This document shows positions 1 to 8,720 of a stretch of DNA of 64,000 bases, piece after piece. The stretch lies in the IMG/VR virus record IMGVR_UViG_2711768162_000009, positions 32,001 to 96,000 of that record. One strand, 5' to 3'. Source of the DNA: a virus (lineage: Duplodnaviria; Caudoviricetes). The notes under the pieces were generated by a model. That model was given only the letters and a program-made list of their open reading frames with translations. It ran no database searches and was not told the DNA's origin. The position numbers and the translations under genes are program-made. Every line of letters begins with the position of its first letter. Within the stretch, counting starts at the first letter, position 1.

Positions 1-125
1 TCGCGAAACGTCTGGAAAATAGCTTGATATTGATGATTACTGCCGCGAACGCATCATTAAAATGAAAATTGTGAGAGACGCGGACAGCATCGCAACTCAC
101 AACACCAACTATCAGGAGAACGATC

Positions 126-980
126 ATGGCTGACGCACAACAGCAACTCACCGAACTGGACAACCTGTTTGACGGCGTGGACGCACTCGATGCCCTCGAC
201 CTGGACTTCGAAACCGAGGAAGTCGAAGCCGCCCCGGACCTGGACGAAAACGAGGCGCTGGAGGCTGCGCAAGCTGAACTGGCTGCCGAAGAAGAGGCCC
301 CGGTCGTAGAAGAAGAGATTGGTGCAGAGCTGGCAGAGCTGCTGGCTGAAGACGAAGAAGAGGCGCCGGCCGCAGAGGTGGAGGAAGAGGATGACCTTGA
401 GGCTATCGAACGCGAGGCTCGATCCGCTGAGCGCAAGAAGCGTCTCGAGGAAGCCACGCTGACCGACGAAGAGATCGAGGCATCCAAGTCCAAAGCTCCC
501 ACAGCAGCCGCGAAACCGAAGGCCAGCACCGAGAGCAAGCCGAAAGCCGTCCGTGACGCGATCGACGTTGGCGCTGTCATCGACGAAAAGGTCAAGCCCA
601 CTACGGATCACTGGGTCTTTCTGGACGGCGCCGACGGAGCTGCTACCCGCGACGAAATCCTGCTCGAATCCATGAGCCTACCCAAGAAGATTCGCGAGAA
701 GGTCGTGAACCTCATGGACTGGCATGTTCGCGGGAGCAAGCTGTCGGTCTACACCCAGATCGGCTTCGAGCTGCTGCTCGAGGAAAAGACGCTCTCCACC
801 ATGTCGCTGCGTAACCGCTACATGAGCAACCCCGGCAAGTCCTACAGCCTGGGCACTGCGAACGCTCAGGCGGGCCAGATCATGAAGCTGTTCCGCACCT
901 TCCGGATCATCAACGCTGCCGGCGACGTCGACCCGGATCACAAGATGCTTCGCACCTTCGAGGCCCACTACGGAGCCTGA
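126..980 (+). CDS. Hypothetical phage protein with very acidic N-terminal half and folded C-terminal (possibly winged-helix-like) domain
   Basis: 284-aa ORF with AGGAG RBS and phage-like codon use; D/E-rich N-terminus. Confidence 0.75.
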   Translation: MADAQQQLTELDNLFDGVDALDALDLDFETEEVEAAPDLDENEALEAAQAELAAEEEAPVVEEEIGAELAELLAEDEEEAPAAEVEEEDDLEAIEREARSAERKKRLEEATLTDEEIEASKSKAPTAAAKPKASTESKPKAVRDAIDVGAVIDEKVKPTTDHWVFLDGADGAATRDEILLESMSLPKKIREKVVNLMDWHVRGSKLSVYTQIGFELLLEEKTLSTMSLRNRYMSNPGKSYSLGTANAQAGQIMKLFRTFRIINAAGDVDPDHKMLRTFEAHYGA

Positions 981-1083
981 CGGAGCTGGGGGCTGCGGCC
1001 CCCGCCTCCCAGCTAGCTCTTCGACGAGGGGCTATCTGAGAGGCTGAGCCTGAACGAATACAGCGTGAGTGGCTGTGTGTGCG

Positions 1084-1111
1084 AGGGGCATCTACGGATG
1101 CCCCCTTTTTT
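1084..1111 (+). terminator. Rho-independent terminator
   Basis: GGGGCATC-TACG-GATGCCCC hairpin followed by T6. Confidence 0.75.
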
Positions 1112-1131
1112 GGCGAGAAGAGGATTTTGCC

Positions 1132-1722
1132 ATGTCGTTGAACTACAGCACCCGCGTCGATATTGACCGTCGCGAGGTGCCGGCTCGATTCGACCACGAG
1201 ACCGAATGCCGTCAAGCGCTCCGATTGGAAACCGGAATGTGGGGCGTGATCGACAAGCACTGGACCAAGGCCCTGGCTCGAGAGATCGGTGATCGTCGGT
1301 GCCTGGAGGTCTTTGCCGGCCGCGGCTGGCTGGCAAAGGCACTAGCGGATCATGGCGTCGAGATCACGGCCACCAGCCGATTCTCCGGACACGACGGCAG
1401 TCATGATGGCCTGGTGTATGACGTGCTCGACATGAGCGCCTTCGAGGCTGTTCAGCAGTTCGACTTTGATGTGCTGGTGATGTGCTGGCCGCCGGCCTCA
1501 AACGAAGCTGTCAGAGCGGTTCTGGCGGCACACGCCCTGGGCAGGACGTTCGACATTGTGTTCGTGGGCGAGCCCCACTCCGAGTTGCCGTATCGCCTTT
1601 CAGGCACAGCGGACGACGAATTCTTCGAGCGGTGCGACGTCGTGGACGAAGTGACCCCGTATCGAGAGACTAGAGGCAGCCAGGGCATCGACGTCTGCCA
1701 GTGGATGCGTCTGAAGCACTAA
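1132..1722 (+). CDS. Class I SAM-dependent methyltransferase-like protein
   Basis: Motif I LEVFAGRGWLA; later LVMCWPP and IVFVGE motifs; ATG at 1132 after GAGGA. Confidence 0.7.
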   Translation: MSLNYSTRVDIDRREVPARFDHETECRQALRLETGMWGVIDKHWTKALAREIGDRRCLEVFAGRGWLAKALADHGVEITATSRFSGHDGSHDGLVYDVLDMSAFEAVQQFDFDVLVMCWPPASNEAVRAVLAAHALGRTFDIVFVGEPHSELPYRLSGTADDEFFERCDVVDEVTPYRETRGSQGIDVCQWMRLKH

Positions 1723-1771
1723 GCCATTTCGTTAAGCACTGCGGAGGAAGGAGGATTGCTGGACTGTTGGG

Positions 1772-1868
1772 AATCGCTCCAGAATCGCGCAGGAGACGAT
1801 TTAACGTATCAGCTATATGCTGACTTATCCTGACAGCGGGAAGCGCTGAGAACGCAGCACAGAGCGCT
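1772..1868 (+). repeat. ~100-bp dispersed non-coding element, family A copy
   Basis: Shares ATCGCTCCAGAA and AAGCGCTGAGAACGCA at identical 68-bp spacing with the copy at 5161-5256. Confidence 0.7.
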
Positions 1869-1879
1869 TCCCGCTCCTA

Positions 1880-2146
1880 TCACTTGGGTTGTGCGACAGC
1901 ACGAACGAGCGACATGCTCCCCTGTTGGATCTGGGTCTTCGCGATAGCGGCCCAGCGCAGCGATTCGCCGGCCTGATCCCGTTCCATTTCGTTCTCGGCG
2001 CCTTGCAGCTTCGCCTTCTGGATCGCCTGGATTCGGCTCACCATCGACAGCAGTTGCTTCTCGGCGGCCTTCACCTCGTTGATCAGGTCGACGGTGCCTT
2101 GGTCGAAATCTCTGTAGCCGTCGATCTTGCGGTGCTGATTGTCCAT
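1880..2146 (-). CDS. acb2: Anti-CBASS cyclic-oligonucleotide sponge, Acb2/T4 Vs.4 family
   Basis: 88 aa: MDNQHRKIDGYRDF...INEVK...RWAAIAKTQIQQGSMSLVRAVAQP, matching the recalled Acb2 signature (Y11, K26, RWxAIxKTxIQxGxMxxxRAxAQP); GAGGG RBS upstream of ATG 2146. Confidence 0.88.
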   Translation of the reverse strand: MDNQHRKIDGYRDFDQGTVDLINEVKAAEKQLLSMVSRIQAIQKAKLQGAENEMERDQAGESLRWAAIAKTQIQQGSMSLVRAVAQPK

Positions 2147-2185
2147 GTTTCCCTCTGGAATTGCGCGTAACGTGACAACGCTGTA

Positions 2186-2203
2186 TAAGTCAGCGCTTAC
2201 TGT
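2186..2203. promoter_or_regulatory. 18-bp palindromic operator-like site between divergent genes
   Basis: TAAGTCA-GCGC-TTACTG, member of the genome-wide motif family. Confidence 0.7.
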
Positions 2204-2227
2204 TACACGCCACACGGAACCCGTCAA

Positions 2228-2626
2228 ATGATCGACCTCGAATACCTCTTCGTCAGGCGCCCTCGGGCCATTCGCGTCATCCCCTTCACTCCGGAGATGG
2301 CTGACAAGGTGGACGACCAGGGCAACAAGCCCATCCACTACATCAAGACCCGTGAGGGGATGCGTCATATCTCCGAAGGGATGCTGATCGCCTTCAAGTC
2401 CGACACTTACCGTCATCCGATGGACCCGGCCGTCTTTCAGCGCGAATACGTCGGCCTGACCTGTTATGACAGCGCCTACGCCCTGGAGCTTCGGGAGCAA
2501 CTGGCCGACCAGCTTCGCGGTGTCATGAAGTCGGATGATCCAATGGCTGATCTCGCTGAGCTGGTGGAGCAGTTGTCCACGCACAGCAAGGTGCCTACTG
2601 ACGAGCACTGCCCCACTGCCCTGTAG
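2228..2626 (+). CDS. Hypothetical protein
   Basis: 132-aa ORF with phage-like codon use, divergent from acb2. Confidence 0.65.
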   Translation: MIDLEYLFVRRPRAIRVIPFTPEMADKVDDQGNKPIHYIKTREGMRHISEGMLIAFKSDTYRHPMDPAVFQREYVGLTCYDSAYALELREQLADQLRGVMKSDDPMADLAELVEQLSTHSKVPTDEHCPTAL

Positions 2627-2677
2627 CGCACCACTTCAGACTGTTCTACCCCTGACGCACTGCTGTAGAATAGAGCG

Positions 2678-2741
2678 CATCAAGAGCTGATGTTTTCTCT
2701 TGATTCAGAGTTTAGCGGCCAGCCAGGCCGCTTTTTTTTTG
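2678..2741 (+). ncRNA. Candidate small RNA (hairpin plus intrinsic terminator)
   Basis: TAGAAT -10-like box at 2666; hairpin ATCAAGAG...CTCTTGAT; then GCGGCC-AGCCA-GGCCGC plus T9. Confidence 0.4.
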
Positions 2742-2821
2742 CCTGCAAGAATCCGGTCGTTGTAAGTAATGACTTACTTCCTATAAGATAGGGCCAACCC
2801 TACTTCCTTGGATCATCCGCC

Positions 2822-3079
2822 ATGTCTGAGCAACTGCCTTCTTTCCGCGTCACCCTGACCGCTACCGTCCCAGCCTCCAACCCGGTTGAGGCTGCTCACG
2901 TCTTCACTCGTCATGCCGGCCAGCCTGGACTGGACAAGTTCTCCGTGGTGGACGCCGCTGGGGAATCGCATGTCGTGGATATGGGCCTGCTGGTCAAGCT
3001 CGGAGTGCTGAAGTTCGAAGAGCCGGCCCCCGAAGAAGCCAGCGAGACTCCGGAGGCCAGCGAAATTACAGCTGCCTAA
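2822..3079 (+). CDS. Hypothetical protein
   Basis: 85-aa ORF preceded by the operator motif (2763) and followed by a terminator. Confidence 0.65.
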   Translation: MSEQLPSFRVTLTATVPASNPVEAAHVFTRHAGQPGLDKFSVVDAAGESHVVDMGLLVKLGVLKFEEPAPEEASETPEASEITAA

Positions 3080-3108
3080 TCCGATTCGTTCATTGCCATT
3101 GGACCGAC

Positions 3109-3132
3109 GCCCCTCACTCGAGGGGCTTTTTT
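3109..3132 (+). terminator. Rho-independent terminator
   Basis: GCCCCTC-ACTC-GAGGGGC plus T6. Confidence 0.8.
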
Positions 3133-3199
3133 GTTGCGTGAGTGCCTAGCTGTCTCGGATGAAGCTAGCGACTCCACACGACAACACGGAGCAACGGAC

Positions 3200-3457
3200 A
3201 TGGCGCAAGCGCACGACTACCTCAAGACCTTCTTCGAAGAGAAGCACGTTCCCGACGAGACTTACACCGTCACCGATCAGCACGGCCAGGCGCACATCAT
3301 GTCGTCCGAAACGGTCATAGAGCTGATTATGCAGGCACCCGACCAGGAGCAGCAGCAGATCGCCGACATTCTGCGCAAGATCGACTTCATGAATGGCAAG
3401 GTGAGCCCCTTCCTACGCCACCTGGCAGAAGGGTTTGTCAGAACGCAGGCAAAATAA
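3200..3457 (+). CDS. Hypothetical phage protein
   Basis: 85 aa from ATG 3200 with GGAG upstream; inverted repeat follows the stop codon. Confidence 0.7.
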   Translation: MAQAHDYLKTFFEEKHVPDETYTVTDQHGQAHIMSSETVIELIMQAPDQEQQQIADILRKIDFMNGKVSPFLRHLAEGFVRTQAK

Positions 3458-3599
3458 AGCCCCGATTGTCATTCGGGGCGTCGTTCAAGCTAAACGGGGA
3501 TTCAGCAGGGAATGTTCATACATTGGAGTAGCGGTCATGGCCACCGCAAAATCACTATACCGCTGATGCCTCGTATAAGTCAACGCTTACTTACACCTG

Positions 3600-4180
3600 T
3601 CGTCCAGAAAAAGCCCGGAGGTAGTGACCAGTTGCCTGAGTCCTTGGCGACGGGTGCTATGCTCCGAGCCGTAAGCACTGAAACGAGGCATCAGCGGTTC
3701 GGGACTGTCTTGCCCCTACTAATCTGAATACGCTCTGCCGCTAGTATAAGAACATTCCGATACAAACCGCAAATTCCAGCTTGAAGCCCTCATGTTGCGC
3801 GTGCAAAAATAAGTCACCGCTTACTGCCTGTATCCAGTAGGCAACCCCACGACCACGCGCTAGTCGGCTCATCCGAGCAGTTACGGAGCGTCCCCTCGAC
3901 GCCGCGCAGAACAGAGGGAGATACAGAAGGCAGCGTGACCGCCACTTGTGACCGGTTGGCAACGATCGGCACGGCCCTTCCAAGGGTGACGATGGGGTGG
4001 TGATGCCCAGGCAACAGGAGTCTGTCGGGGCGTCGATAAACGGGGTGAAGCTGACGCACAAGCGTAGGGTGGTTTGGCCAGCCACAGGTGGAGATAAGCG
4101 CCCACTGAAATCGGTCCCGATAAACGGTCCCGCTGTTGCTACTGACTCCCCTCTTCCGATCCATGAAGAGGTCACATCGC
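3600..4180 (+). ncRNA. Candidate structured RNA(s)
   Basis: No convincing CDS; dense nested hairpins; two blocks, each directly downstream of an operator motif (3576, 3810). Confidence 0.35.
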
Positions 4181-4242
4181 ACAAAGCTCAGATGATAGGT
4201 CAGCAACCCCATCAAAGACCCCCTATACCCAGGAGAAAAGAG

Positions 4243-4479
4243 ATGCCTAGAGGAAAAAGAAAAGCGGATCGAGGCACGCCGGCTCTGAAGAACAGCGTCT
4301 ATGCGGTAAAGGGAGCCAGAAACACTCGATCAGGGATGAAGGCCGTGTTCCGAGGCAACGCCAAACAGACCAAGCAAGCCAAGGACGCAATCGCTCGAGG
4401 CCAGCAGATGGCGAAGATCGAAGCGTATGCCCGAGAGCACAAGATCACCATCGCACAGGCGATGATTCACTTTATGTAA
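4243..4479 (+). CDS. Small basic hypothetical protein
   Basis: AGGAG RBS then ATG 4243; K/R-rich 78 aa. Confidence 0.65.
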   Translation: MPRGKRKADRGTPALKNSVYAVKGARNTRSGMKAVFRGNAKQTKQAKDAIARGQQMAKIEAYAREHKITIAQAMIHFM

Positions 4480-4493
4480 CTCAGAGAACTCGC

Positions 4494-4742
4494 ATGATCA
4501 TCACCATCTTCGGACGACCGAACTGCCCCTACTGCGACAAGGCAAAAGCGCTGCTTGAGCTGCTGAAGAACCAGGGGCGCCTCACCGACGGCTGCTACAT
4601 CGACATGCACGAGCACGGCATCACCAAAGCTGATCTGCAACGCACCCTCGGCAATGTGAACACCGTCCCCCAGGTTCTGATCGACCAAAAGCATATCGGC
4701 GGCTACGAAGAGTTCGCCAAGCACGTCGGTGCGAATCCATGA
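4494..4742 (+). CDS. Glutaredoxin (GrxA/NrdH-like)
   Basis: IFGRPNCPYC active site, TVPQV cis-Pro motif, HIGGY. Confidence 0.92.
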   Translation: MIITIFGRPNCPYCDKAKALLELLKNQGRLTDGCYIDMHEHGITKADLQRTLGNVNTVPQVLIDQKHIGGYEEFAKHVGANP

Positions 4743-4999
4743 ATGGCCTGACTCGCGAAGCTCTGCTTGCCAAGCTGCTCGATGCCATTCACGAGGACAA
4801 CGGAAGGAGCCTGGCTACGGTAGGCGTAGAAGCCTCTGTCGAGAAGGCTATCGAGCAGGTTCGGGAGTATCAGAAGACAGAACGCCTGGCCCGAGCCGTC
4901 GCACGCTCCAAAGGCCGCTACCACTCGCAGCACGCCATCTGTGACCTCATGGATCACTACGGCCTGCCGAACACTCGCCCCGAAACGTCAAAAAAGTGA
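4739..4999 (+). CDS. Hypothetical protein
   Basis: 86 aa, ATGA overlap with the glutaredoxin gene. Confidence 0.65.
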   Translation: MNGLTREALLAKLLDAIHEDNGRSLATVGVEASVEKAIEQVREYQKTERLARAVARSKGRYHSQHAICDLMDHYGLPNTRPETSKK

Positions 5000-5160
5000 C
5001 GTTTGCCAGGCTACGTATAAGAGTTCCAGTGACCCACTTGATCCAGCCGGTCAATCCGCCCTCAAACGCACGGTCACTGGGACTTCCCGCCAGATCACGC
5101 CCCCACCATCCGATCCGTCCATAGCGTCAACGCAACATCACGCAATCCACGCTGAACAGG

Positions 5161-5256
5161 GATCGCTCCAGAAGCTCGCAGAAGACGTTTCCCAGCGTCA
5201 CATAAGTCATCAGTCGCGTCCGAAGAGAAAAGCGCTGAGAACGCAAATCTGAGCGA
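5161..5256 (+). repeat. ~100-bp dispersed non-coding element, family A copy
   Basis: Aligns with 1772-1868 (+) and 17888-17980 (-). Confidence 0.7.
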
Positions 5257-5442
5257 TCCCGACACGCATCCGACCCAGAGACACAATCCAGCATCCGGAC
5301 GACACACGATAGGGGTGCATTCGTCCCATCCGAACACGCTCAGACCAGGAGAGAGCCCGCAGGACCACCGAGCGCTCGATCGATCCAGTCCGAGACAGCC
5401 AGCAGCCACAGGGCCCGGCCCGCTCAGCTTCCGCTGTTTCTC

Positions 5443-5526
5443 TCTACCCCTATTATTCTGTAGTTAGTAATCCTCGGATGAGTTTTATATAGAGGGGATG
5501 AGGCATTTACTACAAAAACTCTGCCT
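5443..5526 (+). repeat. ~85-bp dispersed non-coding element, family B copy 1
   Basis: CCCCTATT.TCTGTA...TCGGATGAG...TAGAGG...AGGCATTTACTACAA.AACT.TGCCT, also at 17708-17793 (-) and 58354-58437 (+). Confidence 0.85.
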
Positions 5527-5739
5527 CGGATCAGCGCTGACCAACACAGACCCTCGGATGAGACGGTCCCCACCCTCGCAGGCTCGGGAGCAGACCTACC
5601 AACGGTTCCCGAAACACTACGAATCCAGCCTCGCTTGTGACCAGGCTCCTACCAGACAGCCAATTTTCCCCGACCACCACGAATCAAGGGTCTTTCTTTC
5701 CCAAGGCTCACCGAGCCCAACCTACCCTCGCCCAGAAAT

Positions 5740-6060
5740 CCCGAAACACCACAAAAACAAGGAGACTTTTTCGCAAGGCTCAGCCAGCCCTCAGAACCAA
5801 ACCGAAACCTCGAGAGAGAACCAAAAGCCAGGAGAGACAACCGGAGAAGACAAATCCAGAGAGAGAACCACAAGAGAACAGACCAGGAGCCTCAGATAGA
5901 CCAATCCAAGAGAGAACCATAGGAGAGAGATGCCTGTAGGTAGGAGCCTACGTCGGTAAGAGACCAACCATAGAGAGAATCCCATAGGTAGAGGTGTAGA
6001 TCGGTAGAGAGAAAGAGAAATGGGAGAGAGGAAAAAGAGAGGGAGTGGGAGGGGAATGGG
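5740..6060. repeat. Low-complexity purine-rich (GAGA/AACCA) tract
   Basis: Recurrent GAGAGAACCA/GGAGAGA units with strong strand skew; overlapping ORFs look spurious. Confidence 0.6.
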
Positions 6061-6123
6061 AGCCGGGTGCCGCCTCTGCCTAAGCCTCTTCCCTCCCACC
6101 GAACCTGCCGCCTGCTCACACAG

Positions 6124-6262
6124 CCTCGGGAAAGGCGCGACCTGGATTTGTATACCGAGCCACGGCATTGACCATGGTCGGCCGGCAGCCTCGGGAAAGG
6201 CCCACGGTGGATTCTTGCCTGAGCACCACGGCATACCGACACCACGGGACAGGGAAAGGCTC
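6124..6262 (+). repeat. Three spaced GGGAAAGGC repeats (cluster 1)
   Basis: GGGAAAGGC at about 6128, 6193 and 6252, roughly 60-bp period, with CACGGCA in the spacers. Confidence 0.6.
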
Positions 6263-6372
6263 GCGGTGCATTTCTGCCGAGCTGCCGTGGCAGTGACCGA
6301 ACCCGCAGCCTCGGTTACATTGGAGGCCGCCTACGGGCACAGCGAGATAACCAAAACATCAAGGGAACGAAC

Positions 6373-6603
6373 ATGCGGGACAAGATCGAAGCGGTGCTGG
6401 AGTCACCGGGGTGGATGCGGCTGTTTTTGGTGGCGTCTGTTCTATGGGCGCTTGGGATGGCGATTTTCGGGGTGGTCATGCTCGCTGACGGAGATCGGAT
6501 AGACAACGCCATTCTGCCTTTCTTGGCAGCGATTGGCGTTCCTGTGGCGATATACATAGCAGGCAGATTGCTTGCCTGGATCATCCGAGGCTTCCTCGAC
6601 TAA
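6373..6603 (+). CDS. Small two-TM membrane protein, tandem paralogue 1
   Basis: 76 aa MRDKIEAVLESPGW...AWIIRGFLD with two hydrophobic segments. Confidence 0.8.
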   Translation: MRDKIEAVLESPGWMRLFLVASVLWALGMAIFGVVMLADGDRIDNAILPFLAAIGVPVAIYIAGRLLAWIIRGFLD

Positions 6604-6719
6604 CCGCGCCGCCGACCATGGCATATCGTCGCCACGGCACAGAGAAACGCTCGCAGTGGATTTCACATTGAGGGCTACGGCAGGCACGACAAGATAACCA
6701 GAACATCAAGGGAGCAAAC

Positions 6720-6950
6720 ATGCGGGACAAGATAGAGGCAATGCTGGAGTCACCGGGGTGGGTGCGGCTGTTCAAGGCCTTTTCCTGCCTATGGGTAGTC
6801 GGCTGGCTTATATTCGGTTTGATAGGAATAGTCTACGGCGAAGGATTGGTTGAGACGCTTATCTATTTTGGTCTGGCTATTGGCGGCCCCGTGGTTGTGT
6901 ATCTAGCTGCCCGCCTCGTCGCTTGGATCATCCGAGGCTTCCTCAACTAA
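6720..6950 (+). CDS. Small two-TM membrane protein, tandem paralogue 2
   Basis: 76 aa MRDKIEAMLESPGW...AWIIRGFLN; upstream leader is duplicated too. Confidence 0.8.
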   Translation: MRDKIEAMLESPGWVRLFKAFSCLWVVGWLIFGLIGIVYGEGLVETLIYFGLAIGGPVVVYLAARLVAWIIRGFLN

Positions 6951-7201
6951 CCGCATCTCACACCACGGCAGTCACCCCGGCTGCCGTATCTCCCTTCTCT
7001 CTCGCCCCTCTCTGCCGTCACCAAGGCTCTTCCCTTCCCCGAGATCATCGGCTAATATCCGGAACCGACCGCTTACTTACACTCGTTAGCCAAAAACTTG
7101 AAACTGTTTTCTCTCTCTGGAACCCTCAGTGGCAGGGCTGAGCCCCTGTCTCGCACGTCGCATACTGCATCCATCGCACAACAGCAGTGGAGGCTACTGT
7201 C

Positions 7202-7543
7202 ATGGGTCTGATCGCGAATTTTCAAAGCTGCGCCTTTGCCTCGGAGACATACGACGACCTTACCGTCGAGCAAATGGCGCGCCGGATGGGCATCAATGCA
7301 AAGGTGCTCCGGAAACAGATGGACAAGCGCCGCGAGGTCTCGCTGAAAGCCTGGGCCAAGCGTGACAACCCGCACGAGCAAACATCCAAAGCGTTTCACC
7401 GCTACGAAGAGGTCTTCTCTCATGAAGGCCGGCAGGTGTTCTACAACGACTGGCACGACGTCTACGCTGTGTTCGGTTTGTCCAATGGCATGAGAGACGT
7501 GAAAACGCTCGATGAGGCGATCAAGCTGGCTTACGAGGGTTGA
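7202..7543 (+). CDS. Hypothetical phage protein
   Basis: GGAGG RBS before ATG 7202; 113 aa. Confidence 0.65.
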   Translation: MGLIANFQSCAFASETYDDLTVEQMARRMGINAKVLRKQMDKRREVSLKAWAKRDNPHEQTSKAFHRYEEVFSHEGRQVFYNDWHDVYAVFGLSNGMRDVKTLDEAIKLAYEG

Positions 7544-7613
7544 GATAGCGTCATCTGACAGACCGGGCTTCGGGCGCTATCCTGCAACAAACCAAGACGT
7601 GGGGGATCTCGGG

Positions 7614-8228
7614 ATGGCGACTGAAAGCACGGTGACACAGAACGAACGACCAGCTTACCTGCTACGCACTAAAGCTGAGTATTATCGCTACATCGGCCAA
7701 TACGAAGAGAATGCAGCGATCCAGGGCTACCACATCATGAGCGGCATCCTGTATGCCGCTTTCGCCTATGAAGCAATGCTGTTTCATTACGCCCAGCACT
7801 ACCGCCCTTCGATCAAGGACTCGATACAGCGCACCGACGTTCAGAAGATCATTCGGACCGAGGGCGGGCTCGATCCGCACTTCTTCACCAACAACGCTCA
7901 TTGCAAGATCATGGAGCAGTGCATCGAGGCACGAGATTCGATCGTTCACGGCAAGCCGGTGACCAGAACCGTCCCCATGCCTATCCCCGAGGGAGCTGAA
8001 GACGCCCAACGCTATCAGCACATGATGGATCGCCCTCTCGCCATCCAGGAGATGTGCACTCTGGAAGCGCTACAAGCCTACCTGATTGCGCTTTGCGAGG
8101 TAGAGAGAGAAATAGAGCACCAAGCCGTTGCCCCAGGAATGATCGGAAGGACCACTCTTGAAGGAGAGCGTTATCAGGTGAGCCTCTGGCCGCTATCCAT
8201 ATGCGGAATGCGCGTTACCCGCGGCTAA
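7614..8228 (+). CDS. Putative HEPN-domain protein
   Basis: Helical protein with AAFAYEAML and RDSIVH (Rx4H) motifs. Confidence 0.5.
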   Translation: MATESTVTQNERPAYLLRTKAEYYRYIGQYEENAAIQGYHIMSGILYAAFAYEAMLFHYAQHYRPSIKDSIQRTDVQKIIRTEGGLDPHFFTNNAHCKIMEQCIEARDSIVHGKPVTRTVPMPIPEGAEDAQRYQHMMDRPLAIQEMCTLEALQAYLIALCEVEREIEHQAVAPGMIGRTTLEGERYQVSLWPLSICGMRVTRG

Positions 8229-8314
8229 GCGTTGAGTATCTTCTACCGTTTTTCGCCTTGATCAGAAAATTCCCCGAGGCAAGAACCAAAAGCCGTCAAG
8301 AAAACCACACCAAC

Positions 8315-8569
8315 TCAGCCTTCGTCGTCGCCCAGGCGCTGAAACCACTCATCGCACGCCTCTGCCAGCTCGGGCTCAAAGCCACGGAACTCTTCCTCGG
8401 TCATCAGGTTGGCGATCGAATCTGGTCGCTCACCACGGCTGAAGATGGCTCTCGCGTCTTCCATCGTCAGGCCCACGGTTTCCCGATAGCCCTGACTCTT
8501 GCGGGTCACCGTCAGAGAGGGCCGCTGCCCTGGACCGCCTTTTACTTGAACAATCAACTGGTCTGACAT
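8315..8569 (-). CDS. Hypothetical protein
   Basis: GAGG RBS before ATG 8569; 84 aa. Confidence 0.55.
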   Translation of the reverse strand: MSDQLIVQVKGGPGQRPSLTVTRKSQGYRETVGLTMEDARAIFSRGERPDSIANLMTEEEFRGFEPELAEACDEWFQRLGDDEG

Positions 8570-8720
8570 ACCAACCTCAACGCACATTAGGGGAACCACA
8601 CAAAATGATGGTCTCGCTTTGCTCAGGCAACTACTCTACAACAGGTCTTCTGCTCGAAGGCTAAGACGGCTTAGGTGGGTTCGCCTATAACATACGCTAT
8701 GAAGGCACGGAGATACCGTC

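Noticed and set aside
1880-2608. 242-aa minus-strand ORF as a single gene
   Set aside because: Its 5' part is the antisense shadow of 2228-2626 and crosses an operator; only the last 88 codons have an RBS and a recognisable family.
3480-4240. tRNA genes or a hammerhead ribozyme
   Set aside because: No cloverleaf with a TTCRA T-loop and CCA end, and no CTGANGA core found by eye; kept only as an unassigned structured RNA candidate.
5000-6370. Multiple ORFs in the low-complexity tract
   Set aside because: No RBS, compositionally biased translations and mutual overlap; most likely spurious.
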